Below are positions 45,511 to 55,632 of a DNA stretch of 64,000 bases, in pieces. Source of the stretch: Oscillospiraceae bacterium (GTDB lineage Bacteria; Bacillota; Clostridia; Oscillospirales; CAG-272); contig SVTK01000015.1 in NCBI GenBank assembly GCA_015063805.1, positions 12,188 to 76,187 of the forward strand, written 5' to 3'. Within the stretch, counting starts at the first letter, position 1, and each line of letters opens with the position of its first letter. The notes under the pieces are model-generated. The model made no database searches. It saw only the letters and a list, made by a program, of their open reading frames with translations, and was not told the DNA's origin. The translations under genes and the position numbers were made by a program.

Positions 45511-45678
45511 ATTATACATGATGCAATTTCGCTTGTCAAGGCAAAAAGCAAAAATAATGAAAAATTTCTGTAATTACATTATCCGTCTTTCTTTGAAATA
45601 ATTCCAAAAACCCTGTTGACATTCATATTTTTTTGTGATAAACTAAAAACAAGTTGGAGGAGATCCAATGTAATTACA
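45511..45678. promoter_or_regulatory. divergent promoters with two TGTAATTACA palindromes
   Basis: - TTGACA-17-TATAAT (45539-45511); + TTGACA at 45616; TGTAATTACA at 45569-45578 and 45669-45678. Confidence 0.65.
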
Positions 45679-45685
45679 CAAAGGA

Positions 45686-46669
45686 GTGATTGTTTTGTCC
45701 ACCATGCCCACCCGAGAAAAGGCGCTCGGAATGTACCGAAAAATGTATGAAATCCGTCAGTACGAAGAAACGGTAAAGTATCTCTTTTTCGAAGGAATCA
45801 TGCCGGGTACGATTCATCAAAGTGCCGGTGAAGAGGCTTCTGCTGTCGGTATCATTTATGACCTGAGAAAAGAGGATATCGTGTATTCCACTCACCGTCC
45901 CGCCGGTCATGATCTTGCGAAGGGAATCTCTCTCAGATCCATGATGTGCGAAATGTTTGGCAAAGCGGACGGCTGCTGTAAGGGCAAGGGCGGTGCGATG
46001 CATACCGGAGACATGTCGGTTGGTGTTCCTCCTGCAAATGCAATTGTGGGTGGCAACATCCCGATTGCAGCAGGGACCGCACTCGCGTTCAAAATGCAAA
46101 AAAAAGACAATATCGCAGTTTCTTTTATGGGTGATGGAGCAACAAACGAAGGATCGTTCCATGAAGGACTTAATTTCGCGGCAACGTGGAAACTTCCCGT
46201 GGTTTATGTCTGCGAGAATAATCTTTATTCCGCAACCACCTCCATTCATCTGACAACCCTTCTTGAAAATCCTGCGGCAGGACGCGCATCGGCTTACGGT
46301 TGTCCCGGCGTAGTCGTCGACGGAAACGATGTTCTCGCAGTCAACGAGGCAATGGAAGAGGCAATCCGTCGCGCTCGTTCCGGCGAAGGCCCTACGATTC
46401 TTGAACTCAAGACTTACCGCAAATATGGTCACTCGAGAAATGATGCCTGCGGATACCGCCCCAAGGATGAGGAAAAAGAATGGCTCGAGGACAGAGATCC
46501 CATCAAGACCTTCCGAGCAAGACTGCTTGCGGAAGGCGTAGCCTCTGAGGAAGAGCTCGCACAAATTGAAGAGTGTGTCGATACCGAGATTGATGAAGCC
46601 GTAGAATATGCAAAGTCCTCCCCGATGCCAACGCTCGCGTCTGCACTCGAGGACATCTACGCAGACTGA
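45686..46669 (+). CDS. TPP-dependent dehydrogenase E1 alpha (AcoA/PdhA family)
   Basis: STHR..GH, GKGGAMH, GDGATNEG...ENN TPP motif, YRKYGHS. Confidence 0.93.
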   Translation: MIVLSTMPTREKALGMYRKMYEIRQYEETVKYLFFEGIMPGTIHQSAGEEASAVGIIYDLRKEDIVYSTHRPAGHDLAKGISLRSMMCEMFGKADGCCKGKGGAMHTGDMSVGVPPANAIVGGNIPIAAGTALAFKMQKKDNIAVSFMGDGATNEGSFHEGLNFAATWKLPVVYVCENNLYSATTSIHLTTLLENPAAGRASAYGCPGVVVDGNDVLAVNEAMEEAIRRARSGEGPTILELKTYRKYGHSRNDACGYRPKDEEKEWLEDRDPIKTFRARLLAEGVASEEELAQIEECVDTEIDEAVEYAKSSPMPTLASALEDIYAD

Positions 46670-46688
46670 TAAAGGAGGAGTTTTAGTT

Positions 46689-47732
46689 ATGGCAATCATG
46701 TCAATTGCAGAAGCGCTGAAAGCAGCCATCGCAGAAGAAATGCGCAGAGATCCCAGCGTTTATGTCCTGGGAGAAGATGAAGATATTCCCGGAGGCATGG
46801 GAGGAGCATTTACCGTAACCAAGGGAATTGGTGATGAATTCGGTAGACTTGAGAACATTAACGGTGAGATCAAAGAAGGCCGTTGCATCAACACGCCCAT
46901 TTCCGAAATTATGATCGCAGGCGTTTGTGTCGGGTCTGCAATGTACGGAATGCGGCCTGTAGCTGACCTACAGTATTGTGATTTCCTTTTTTGCATGATG
47001 GATCAGCTGGTCAATCAGGCAGCTAAAATGCGATATATGTCCGGTGGAGCGCTTAGTGTTCCCATGGTAATGCGCTGTCCTTCCGGTGCAACCAACCGTG
47101 GTGCTCAGCACGCTCAAAGCCCTGAAACATATTTTGCTCATGTCCCGGGATTGAAGGTAATCTGTCCTTCTACCGCGTATGATGCCAAGGGAATGATGAA
47201 GCAGGCAATTCGAGACAACAATCCCGTTATTGTCTTCGAGCATAAACTGCTGTACGGCAGCAAGAGAAAGGAAGCCGGTGCACTCAATTCGTCCAGTGAG
47301 GTTCCAAGTGACGATTATACCATTCCCTTCGGGAAAGCAGCTGTCCGCCGTGAAGGCAAGGATATCACCATAGTTGCTAATCTGCTGATGAGCTATCGCG
47401 CCCAGGAAGCGGCTGCCGAGTTGGAAAAAGAGGGGATCTCGTGCGAGATTATTGACCCGCGTTCGCTTCTCCCGTTTGACTATGAAACCGTTGTGGAATC
47501 GGTCAGAAAAACAGGCAAGCTGATGATTGTGCATGAGGACACTTATAACTGTGGCTGGGGTGCGCAGGTAGCTTCCTATTTTGCGGAACATGAAATTTTC
47601 CTGCTGGATGCACCGATCGTTCGCGTTGCAGCGCTGGATACGCCTGTTCCCTTCTCCCCTGTGTTGGAGAATTATGTGATCCCTTCCAAAGATCGCATCG
47701 TAGAAGAAGCACGAAAGCTTGCAAAGCTTTGA
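46689..47732 (+). CDS. TPP-dependent dehydrogenase E1 beta (AcoB/PdhB family)
   Basis: NTPISE, MRPVAD, DQLVNQAAKMRYMSGG, GAQHAQS, VPGLKV, LDAPIVRV. Confidence 0.93.
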   Translation: MAIMSIAEALKAAIAEEMRRDPSVYVLGEDEDIPGGMGGAFTVTKGIGDEFGRLENINGEIKEGRCINTPISEIMIAGVCVGSAMYGMRPVADLQYCDFLFCMMDQLVNQAAKMRYMSGGALSVPMVMRCPSGATNRGAQHAQSPETYFAHVPGLKVICPSTAYDAKGMMKQAIRDNNPVIVFEHKLLYGSKRKEAGALNSSSEVPSDDYTIPFGKAAVRREGKDITIVANLLMSYRAQEAAAELEKEGISCEIIDPRSLLPFDYETVVESVRKTGKLMIVHEDTYNCGWGAQVASYFAEHEIFLLDAPIVRVAALDTPVPFSPVLENYVIPSKDRIVEEARKLAKL

Positions 47733-47747
47733 TTTGGAGGAAGAACT

Positions 47748-48896
47748 ATGTTGAAAACCGTAGTTATGCCTGCCGCAGGACAGACAACCGATGTCGCAAC
47801 AGTTACCGAACTCAAGGTTGCTGTCGGTGATACAGTACGCAAAGGAGATGTACTCCTTGAAGTAGAGACCGATAAAGCGGTACTGCCAATCGAAAGCTTT
47901 GCACGCGGCGTTGTCGTGGAAATATTCGTCAATGAATCGGACACCATTGACGCAGGTTCGCCTCTGCTTTCCATCGGAGACGAAAATGACCTGAAAGCGG
48001 CTCAAGAAAAGCAATCACCCTCTCCCGCCGCAATCCTCCGGACAAATGAAACAACAGAACCCGAAGAAGACGACTTTACCCCCATTCTTCCTCCCGAAAC
48101 AATACCCCAAGCACCCATTTCCACACGTTCGGCGCGTGTAAAAGCCATGCCCTCTGCCAAACAGGCGGCAGCCCAACTGGGAATCTCATTGGAGGAGCTC
48201 ACGCCCGCCAACGGATTGTTCCTCAAAGTTTCCGATGTTAAACGGGCTGCGGAAGAAAAGCAATGCGAGGTTTCTGCCCCGGCAGAAATCAATGTTCCGC
48301 TGGGAAGAATGAGAACATCTCTTGCCCGTCGTTTAGATGCAAGCGCGAATATTCCCGCATTTACTGTGGGGATCTGCGCGGATGCGTCGGCATATCACAC
48401 ATTAGCAGAAGCCAATGCAGACATTACCCCCGCACATTACGTGATGCTTGCACTTTCCCATTTGGCCCTGCGATATCCGATTCTGCGCACGCGCAATGAT
48501 GACATGAAACTGTCCGAATCCGATCTGCCCTGTATCGGCATGGCTGTATACGGTGAAAACGGAACTGTGGCATCGGTACTGGAAGATACAGCATTGTATA
48601 GCATTTCTGCGATTGCCAAGCGTTGCGGCGAAAACCGAGCAGCCGTCCTTCGCGGAGACTTTTCTTCCGTTCGTCCCGCATCTGTTGTGGTGCACGATAT
48701 GACCCAGTATGCTGTAAATATGTTCACCGCACCGGTCATTGCACCTTCTGTCGCTGCATTTGGCATTACTTATGCCAATCATCAAATCGCCGTTCACGGA
48801 AGCTTTGATATGCGTGTGGTAGAAGGTCATATCGGCGCATCGATCATGGCTGACCTGGAAAAGCTGCTCTCCACCCCTGTACTGATGCTGATGTAA
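47748..48896 (+). CDS. E2-like lipoyl protein with degenerate acyltransferase domain
   Basis: lipoyl motif EVETDKA; E3-binding KAMPSAKQAAAQLGISL..DV; C-terminal SFDMRVVEG instead of SFDHRxxDG. Confidence 0.85.
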   Translation: MLKTVVMPAAGQTTDVATVTELKVAVGDTVRKGDVLLEVETDKAVLPIESFARGVVVEIFVNESDTIDAGSPLLSIGDENDLKAAQEKQSPSPAAILRTNETTEPEEDDFTPILPPETIPQAPISTRSARVKAMPSAKQAAAQLGISLEELTPANGLFLKVSDVKRAAEEKQCEVSAPAEINVPLGRMRTSLARRLDASANIPAFTVGICADASAYHTLAEANADITPAHYVMLALSHLALRYPILRTRNDDMKLSESDLPCIGMAVYGENGTVASVLEDTALYSISAIAKRCGENRAAVLRGDFSSVRPASVVVHDMTQYAVNMFTAPVIAPSVAAFGITYANHQIAVHGSFDMRVVEGHIGASIMADLEKLLSTPVLMLM

Positions 48897-48898
48897 GC

Positions 48899-50257
48899 AT
48901 GGAGAACACCACAGAAATGAATATGAAATATGATTTGCTTGTGATTGGCGGCGGCCCGGGCGGGTATTCCGCCGCCGCTGCCGCGGCCAAAGCGGGGCTT
49001 TCCGTTTGTCTGTTTGAAAAAGATCGCATTGGCGGCACCTGTTTGCATCAAGGGTGCATTCCTACGAAATATTTGCTTGATCGGGCAGCTGCACTGGAGA
49101 AAATCCGTACCATGACAAAAGCCGGTCTTCTGCGCAATGCGGGAGAGTTCTCATTCCGCGCAGTGATGCAAGAAAAGCAAGTCGTGATCGATCGACTCTG
49201 TACGGGCCTCGAGACCATGCTCCAATCAAACAAAGTAAAAATCGTGAGGGGAGAAGCGCGATTCCGTGATAATAAAACCTTGATTTGCAATGGCGAGACA
49301 TACACCGCTGACAACATGATCATTGCCGCTGGCTCCTCGCCGATCAAACTTGGGTTTCGAGGGAGTGAGTTCTGCCTTGACAGCACAGAGGCACTGTCTC
49401 TGACCAAGGTGCCTCGTCGAATGTGTATTATTGGCGGTGGTGTAATCGGCCTGGAGCTTGGTTCGGCTTATATGGCCTACGGCTCATCCGTTCATATTGT
49501 AGAGCTTCAGGATCGCTTGCTGGCAAATGAACTTCCTGAGGCCGCTGATTATCTTGTGCGCAAGCTGTCTGCGCGTGGAATGAATTTGCACACGTCAAGT
49601 ACCGTAAAGGCTGTAGAGAAGGTTGGCAATGAATTTATCGTCCACACGAGTGCCGGCAAAATTGCAGCAGACGTTGTAGTATCCGCCATTGGCAGAAGAG
49701 CGAATTCCGGCGTGCTGGGAATTGAAAATACTGACATTCAAAGCGACAGCAGAGGCTGCATCGCCGTAAATGCACAGATGCAGACAACCGTTGACAGCAT
49801 CTATGCCATTGGCGATATCGTCGGCGGATATATGCTTGCACATGCGGCATATGCTGAAGCCGATGTTGCCGTGGCAAACATCGCCGGCTCTGTCGGGAAA
49901 AGCGATCAGCATATTATGCCGAGATGTATCTATACCATTCCACCATTTGCTGCAGTTGGCCTTACCCGTACCGGAGCCGAGGCAAAGGGATACTCTGTCA
50001 CCGTGGGCCGTGCAGATTATCGCGCCAACGGTATGGCAGCCGCTGAGGGTGAGGACGGCTGTGTATTCGCCATATTGGATCAAAAAAGCCGCAAGTGTCT
50101 TGGCTTCTCCTGTATTGGCGCAGGTGCACCGGAAATGATTAATGCAGCCTCCATTGCATTGGAGCGCGAGTACACCACAGACCACTGGCATCGCCTGATC
50201 GTCGCTCACCCCTCCCTTTCCGAATCACTTCGTGAAGCTGTCTTGGCAGCAAAATAA
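48899..50257 (+). CDS. lpdA: dihydrolipoyl dehydrogenase E3
   Basis: GGGPGG, GGTCLHQGCIPTK, GGGVIGLE, AIGD..MLAHAA, HPSLSE. Confidence 0.93.
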   Translation: MENTTEMNMKYDLLVIGGGPGGYSAAAAAAKAGLSVCLFEKDRIGGTCLHQGCIPTKYLLDRAAALEKIRTMTKAGLLRNAGEFSFRAVMQEKQVVIDRLCTGLETMLQSNKVKIVRGEARFRDNKTLICNGETYTADNMIIAAGSSPIKLGFRGSEFCLDSTEALSLTKVPRRMCIIGGGVIGLELGSAYMAYGSSVHIVELQDRLLANELPEAADYLVRKLSARGMNLHTSSTVKAVEKVGNEFIVHTSAGKIAADVVVSAIGRRANSGVLGIENTDIQSDSRGCIAVNAQMQTTVDSIYAIGDIVGGYMLAHAAYAEADVAVANIAGSVGKSDQHIMPRCIYTIPPFAAVGLTRTGAEAKGYSVTVGRADYRANGMAAAEGEDGCVFAILDQKSRKCLGFSCIGAGAPEMINAASIALEREYTTDHWHRLIVAHPSLSESLREAVLAAK

Positions 50258-50378
50258 TCTTATTCTTGAACAATATTTTGGGGAGGCAAACGGTAATTGT
50301 CTCAAATTTGAACTTCTGTTTTTAAGCTTCTTTTTTTCCATGTAAAATTATCCAATTGAATTTTTAAGGAGTAAAATT

Positions 50379-51368
50379 ATGAAAAAAATTTTAGCAATTC
50401 TATTTGCGGTATCTATGATTGTTTCCAGCATGGTTTTCTCTTCTTTAGCAGCTGAACCGGTAAACGTGATGCTGGACGCGGATAATGTAATATCCAGATA
50501 CACGCTCAACCTTTGGGAAGAAAACGGCGGTTGGGGAAGATACAACGCTGCCGCTTTGTACGGATTCGCCTATATCAATGACGGCGAATACAGCGCAGGT
50601 CCCTGGGATACTGAAGGAAAAGACGCCAATAAAGCCGTTTCACAAAAATATGTTGCCGGCTACAGACGCAAGAGTGCTGCGAATGTTGACCTTAACGGTC
50701 AGGCAATGCCGGAGGGCGAGACTGGCTATGTGTTTATCACAGCAGGTATCAACTTTGATGTTCCTGTCAATGTTGATGTACTGAAACTGTATGTTGGTTC
50801 TGCTCCAGGATGTAATTTTCCCAGCTTTGATGTTGTCGTGGGATACCAAGCAAATACGGGCGATACAAAGCTGACCTGGAAAATCATCGGAACGGTAAAC
50901 GACTTGTACACCGAAGGTACAAAGTATGACGATTATACGCGTTGCTTCGAGTTTGCATTTGACCCTACTGAAGTATGTGCATTTCAGATCGCATGCAAAA
51001 CTGCGATCGATAATGGCGGAGTAGACGGTACCGACGGTTCAACGAAGGCATTCGCAATTTCCGAAATTGAGATGTTCAAAACCGGTACGTATTCTTCTGC
51101 ACCTGCAACCACTGCAGCACCCGCAACCACTGCAGCACCTGCAACCACTGCAGCACCCGCAACCACTGCAGCACCCGCAACCACTGCAGCACCCGCAACC
51201 ACTGCAGCACCTGCAACCACTGCAACGCCTGAAACCACTGCAGCACCTGCAACCACTGCAGCGCCCACGACCTCACCCAGTACAGCTGACGGGACGGTTG
51301 TTGGTTTTGTCGTCGCAGCGGTGGCGCTGGCTGCCGTAATCGTCCTGCGCCGCCGTGTTCACGGTTAA
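50379..51368 (+). CDS. cell-wall-anchored protein: discoidin/F5/8-like beta-sandwich + Ala/Pro/Thr linker + sorting signal
   Basis: signal peptide; ..AISEIEMF domain end; (APATTA)n; SPSTAD + TM + RRR. Confidence 0.8.
   Translation: MKKILAILFAVSMIVSSMVFSSLAAEPVNVMLDADNVISRYTLNLWEENGGWGRYNAAALYGFAYINDGEYSAGPWDTEGKDANKAVSQKYVAGYRRKSAANVDLNGQAMPEGETGYVFITAGINFDVPVNVDVLKLYVGSAPGCNFPSFDVVVGYQANTGDTKLTWKIIGTVNDLYTEGTKYDDYTRCFEFAFDPTEVCAFQIACKTAIDNGGVDGTDGSTKAFAISEIEMFKTGTYSSAPATTAAPATTAAPATTAAPATTAAPATTAAPATTAAPATTATPETTAAPATTAAPTTSPSTADGTVVGFVVAAVALAAVIVLRRRVHG
51099..51260 (+). repeat. in-frame 18-bp tandem repeat x9
   Basis: GCACC(T/C)GCAACCACTGCA units encoding APATTA (one TPETTA variant). Confidence 0.95.
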
Positions 51369-51450
51369 CCTTAGCGTCTAAAGTTGATTGACAAACGATA
51401 CCCCAAAAATCAAAGATGTCTGTTTCTTTGAGAGAAAGGATAATTGGCAA

Positions 51451-52179
51451 ATGACAACAGTATATATTATCAGACACGGTGAGACCGATTTCAACCGCCT
51501 GTACCGTTTTATTGGAAGCACCGATCACCCGCTCAATGAACGCGGCATCGCACAGGCCGAAACACTGCGAGAACCGATGTCAAAATTTGCATTGGACCGT
51601 ATCTATTCAAGCCCGCTGAAGCGAACCATGATGACTGCCGAACGGGTCAGAAACGGACGCGACCTTGAGATTATCGAAGCCCCCGGCCTCAGAGAAATCC
51701 ACTGCGGTGCCTGGGAAGGTCTCAATCGCGAAGAAATTGAGGTGAAATGGCCCGGTGAGATCAATCTCTGGGAAAAGCACCCCCATTTGCTGCACATGGA
51801 AGGTGGAGAAACCTTTGCCGAAGTACAAGACAGGGCAATCAACGCATTTTGTGAGATCATTGCGCGGGAGCGTGGGAACTGCATTGCCATCACCTCACAT
51901 ATGCTCACGATTCAATTGATCATGGGGAAGCTGCTCAATGTACCCATTTGCGATGTATGGGAAATGGTGAGACTGGAAAACACCTCAATCACCACGATGA
52001 CAATCGAAGACAACGGTGACTTTGCGGTTGTACGCTGGGCTGACGATTCCCATCTTCCTCAATCTCTTAAAAATGCGAATGTGAAAATTGCCGGTATTCA
52101 TAACACCAGTTTTGAAGCAAAATACGATATCTCCGATGTGGAAGGCAGTCATCATTTTTCCGGTTTTGCTGTTGTTTAA
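51451..52179 (+). CDS. histidine phosphatase family protein
   Basis: IIRHGET, YSSPLKR, LREIHCGAWEG, GGET, ITSH, ENTSIT. Confidence 0.92.
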   Translation: MTTVYIIRHGETDFNRLYRFIGSTDHPLNERGIAQAETLREPMSKFALDRIYSSPLKRTMMTAERVRNGRDLEIIEAPGLREIHCGAWEGLNREEIEVKWPGEINLWEKHPHLLHMEGGETFAEVQDRAINAFCEIIARERGNCIAITSHMLTIQLIMGKLLNVPICDVWEMVRLENTSITTMTIEDNGDFAVVRWADDSHLPQSLKNANVKIAGIHNTSFEAKYDISDVEGSHHFSGFAVV

Positions 52180-52290
52180 CTGTTACCTCCAACGGGGGAA
52201 AATGAAGTGCGAAAAGCAGAAGTGCAAATTCCTGTTGTGTGTAAATACAATCATGGATATACAAAGTAAACAGAAAGAAGGTCATCTATC

Positions 52291-53052
52291 ATGAATAAAA
52301 ATCTTTGTGAGGGTAAGGTAGCCGTTGTTACAGGTGCAGGCCAAGGAATTGGAGAGGCTATCGCACGTCGTCTGGCAGAATTCGGTGCCAAGACAATCAT
52401 CACCGATATTAATGCCGAGAAAGGACAGGCCACCGCGGATGCACTGTGCGCAGATGGCCTGTCGGCTGCCTTCAAATATTTTGATGTCACCGATTTTTCC
52501 CATATCGAAGAAACTATCCGAGAAATTAAAAACATATTCGGCCGCATTGATATTTGGGTGAATAATGCCGGTATCACGGGAACAGCAAGAGTGGATGAAA
52601 TTACGCTTGAAGATTGGGATCGGATGCAGACCATTGACATCAAAAGTGTTTTCTTCTGCACACAGGCTGTATTCAAAATTATGAGAGAACAAAAATACGG
52701 GAAACTGGTACATATCTCCTCCATGGCCGGTGAACGCGGAGGCCGTTCCTCATCCTGTGCTTACTCTTCTGCCAAGGCCGGTGTGCTGAATATTTCTAAA
52801 TGCTTTGCATTGGCCGGCGGAGAATTCAATATTACCTCCAACTGTGTTTGCCCGGGAAGAACACTCACGCCTATGGCACAGGGACTCTCCTGGCTGACGG
52901 ATCCGAAGGACGATCCCCGGAAAACCATTCCTCTCGGCCGCTTTGGTACGCCTGAGGATATTGCCAATGCTGTGCTCTTCCTTGCCAGCGACCTGTCCTC
53001 CTATATCACCGGAGATATCATCGACGTCAACGGTGGCCTTTATATGAAATAA
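52291..53052 (+). CDS. SDR oxidoreductase (likely NAD-dependent)
   Basis: TGAGQGIG, Asp in TDIN, NNAG, YSSAK, CPG. Confidence 0.93.
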   Translation: MNKNLCEGKVAVVTGAGQGIGEAIARRLAEFGAKTIITDINAEKGQATADALCADGLSAAFKYFDVTDFSHIEETIREIKNIFGRIDIWVNNAGITGTARVDEITLEDWDRMQTIDIKSVFFCTQAVFKIMREQKYGKLVHISSMAGERGGRSSSCAYSSAKAGVLNISKCFALAGGEFNITSNCVCPGRTLTPMAQGLSWLTDPKDDPRKTIPLGRFGTPEDIANAVLFLASDLSSYITGDIIDVNGGLYMK

Positions 53053-53075
53053 GATCGTGTCCCGAAAGTCAAAAA

Positions 53076-53114
53076 GCTCCATGCCAAAGCGCGTTACGGC
53101 GCTTGGCATGGAGC
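53076..53114. terminator. hairpin between convergent SDR and lacI genes
   Basis: GCTCCATGCCAA...TTGGCATGGAGC. Confidence 0.65.
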
Positions 53115-53146
53115 GTGAATGTATCATTTTCAGGCAGAATCTGTTG

Positions 53147-54175
53147 TCATTTTTTGTCTGCCCGATGCAGCGAAATTACGCTGTTATGCTCGGTTAAGGT
53201 GGGCGGGAAAACCATACGCTTGGCCGCCTGTTCCGGGAAAGCAATGCGATCAAGCAGCAGCGAGGCGGCAGTTTTTCCCATCAGAATAGGATCCTGTTCA
53301 AACGTCGTGAAATCCATTGGACACGGCATATAGTCCCGGCTGTAATCATCATTGCAAATGACGCTGACATCGTTCGGCACTTGAATTCCCTCGCGCAGCA
53401 GAACATCAACCATACCCGCAGCCATCAATCCTGTGGTGGAAAAAACAGCAGAAAAACGCTTGTTGGCAGGCATTTGACAAATGATTTCTCCAAAATCCCG
53501 TCCACAACGATAACGACGGTCGCCGTAGAACACGTAATGATCTTCAATCGGCAGATTATGTGCCCGCATGGCGTCAAAATATCCCTGTGTACGATTTTGG
53601 CAAGTTACGGAGGAGGAAGGTCCTGCAATGTGCGCAATTCTGCGATGGCCGCGCTCTATCAAATATTCGGTGGCAAGGTAGCCACACCGATAATTATCCA
53701 CTGTGACCACATCCATATCTACGCTGCGCAAATATCGATTTACAAAAATGATGGGCGTTTTCATACGCGTAACGTGGCGAATTAAATTGCGGTTTTCAAT
53801 GGCATTGAGCATAAAAATTCCCGAGAATCCGTTTTTGGCTGCATATTGCAGGATGTCACATTCCACAGCAGAGTCATAATCGCTGAGAGAAATCATGCAG
53901 CGCAGCCCTTCTTCATACAGACGTGACCGAATACCGTCAATAAAACCAAGCGTGATGGGGTTTTGCAGCTGCCCCGCGATAATCAAAACCGTTTCACCAT
54001 TGCGGAACTCAACGGAACTGCGGCGGGTTCGCTTTTGATAATTTTCTTTTTCCAGTGCTGAAAGAACTTTCTCACGGGTGTGTGCAGATACATTGTCCTC
54101 ACCGTTCAGCACGCGGGAAATCGTTGCTGTGGACACACCTATTTCTTTTGCAATGTCTGCTAATGTCTTCCCCAT
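53147..54175 (-). CDS. LacI-family regulator
   Basis: TLADIAKEIGVSTATISRVLNG HTH; YLIERGHRRIAHI, VPNDVSVICNDD. Confidence 0.93.
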   Translation of the reverse strand: MGKTLADIAKEIGVSTATISRVLNGEDNVSAHTREKVLSALEKENYQKRTRRSSVEFRNGETVLIIAGQLQNPITLGFIDGIRSRLYEEGLRCMISLSDYDSAVECDILQYAAKNGFSGIFMLNAIENRNLIRHVTRMKTPIIFVNRYLRSVDMDVVTVDNYRCGYLATEYLIERGHRRIAHIAGPSSSVTCQNRTQGYFDAMRAHNLPIEDHYVFYGDRRYRCGRDFGEIICQMPANKRFSAVFSTTGLMAAGMVDVLLREGIQVPNDVSVICNDDYSRDYMPCPMDFTTFEQDPILMGKTAASLLLDRIAFPEQAAKRMVFPPTLTEHNSVISLHRADKK

Positions 54176-54306
54176 TATCTCAGCCCCTTTTTCTTTATCC
54201 ATCGTAGTACTATTGTACATGATTTTCCTTAAAAAATCAACCATATTTTAAAAACAAACCCCAAGATCATCCCCAAAAACAGAACTGTCAAACGTGAGAG
54301 GTATCT

Positions 54307-55632
54307 ATGAAAAAAAGAATTCTTGTATTTTCTGTTGATGCTATGGTTTATGAAGATCTTGAATATTTGCGCACCAAGCCCAACTTTCGTGCCTACCTTG
54401 AAGGCGGAAGTGCGGTAAAACGCATTCGTTCAATCTATCCCACCGTAACCTATCCCAATCATGTCAGTATGGCGACCGGATGCTATCCCGACAAGACCGG
54501 AGTGTTCAGCAACTACAAATTCACCACAGACAGCAAAGAAGACACCTGGCAATGGTTTGCCGATAGCATTCAGGTGAAGGACATTTTCACTGCGGCCAAA
54601 CAAGCCGGGTATCAAACGGCTGCGATTTTCTGGCCTGTTACAGGCTGTCACCCAGATATTGATTATCTTATCGATGAGTACTGGATGCCGGAGAAGGACG
54701 ACACCCTGAAGAGTGCGTTCACCCGTGTCGGTTCGTCGCCACAAATGCTTGAAATTATCCAAAAAAATGAACACAGGTTGGCCCGCTCATATTTAAAGAC
54801 CGGAAGAAAAAATTTCTGTGTTCAGCCGGAGGTGGATAACTTCCTCATCGGTTGTGCCGCAGATATCATCCGCGAATACGCCCCCGAGGTGGTTTTCGTA
54901 CACAGTGGGTGCATGGATAATATCCGTCATACCAAGGGTGCGTTCGGTCCGTGGATCAACCCTACACTTGACCTTGTGGATGAGCAAATCGGCACACTCT
55001 GCCACGCACTGGAAGAAATCGGTCAACTTGAAAACACTGACATCTTTTTGGTTAGTGACCATGGACAGTTGGAAATCAAGCGCACCATTAAACTCAACGC
55101 ATTACTGGCAGATCGCGGATATATAACGGTAAACGAAAAAGGGAAAGCAGTTGATTATTCGGCTTACTGTCTCTCCAACGCGATGTCCAGTTTGGTTTAT
55201 TTGAAAGATTCCACAAATACAGAACTCCGAAATAAGCTTTATGAAGAACTTTGCCGGCTAAGAGATGAGGGGATTTACGGTTTTAATGCGGTCTATACCC
55301 GCGAAGAAATCGCACAAAGCGAACATCTTGACGGAGATTTTGCGTTTGTATTGGAAAGTGACGGCTATACCTCTTTCTCTGACAGCTGTAAGCGTCCGTT
55401 AATTGCGCAGCTTGATCTAAGTGATTTCCGTTTTGGCAAGGCGACGCATGGCTATTTCCCGGACAAGGGGCCACAGCCCACACTTGTAGCCCAAGGACCT
55501 CACATCAAAGCAGGTGTGGAAATCGAACGACGTTCGATCGTTGATGAAGCACCTACCTACGCCAAGTTGTTGGGCGCTGTTCTGGATGATGCTCAGGGGA
55601 CTGCAATTGATGAAATATTGCAGCTTGATTAA
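54307..55632 (+). CDS. alkaline-phosphatase-superfamily nucleotide pyrophosphatase/phosphodiesterase (cytoplasmic)
   Basis: FSVDAM, PTVTYPNHVSMATG (Thr nucleophile), DNIRH, VSDHG, ATHGY. Confidence 0.9.
   Translation: MKKRILVFSVDAMVYEDLEYLRTKPNFRAYLEGGSAVKRIRSIYPTVTYPNHVSMATGCYPDKTGVFSNYKFTTDSKEDTWQWFADSIQVKDIFTAAKQAGYQTAAIFWPVTGCHPDIDYLIDEYWMPEKDDTLKSAFTRVGSSPQMLEIIQKNEHRLARSYLKTGRKNFCVQPEVDNFLIGCAADIIREYAPEVVFVHSGCMDNIRHTKGAFGPWINPTLDLVDEQIGTLCHALEEIGQLENTDIFLVSDHGQLEIKRTIKLNALLADRGYITVNEKGKAVDYSAYCLSNAMSSLVYLKDSTNTELRNKLYEELCRLRDEGIYGFNAVYTREEIAQSEHLDGDFAFVLESDGYTSFSDSCKRPLIAQLDLSDFRFGKATHGYFPDKGPQPTLVAQGPHIKAGVEIERRSIVDEAPTYAKLLGAVLDDAQGTAIDEILQLD

Noticed and set aside
50984-51528. Gln/Leu/Trp- or Val/Ala-rich repetitive ORFs and possible CRISPR array
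   Set aside because: alternative frames of the 18-bp coding repeat; units are contiguous with no spacers and no cas genes
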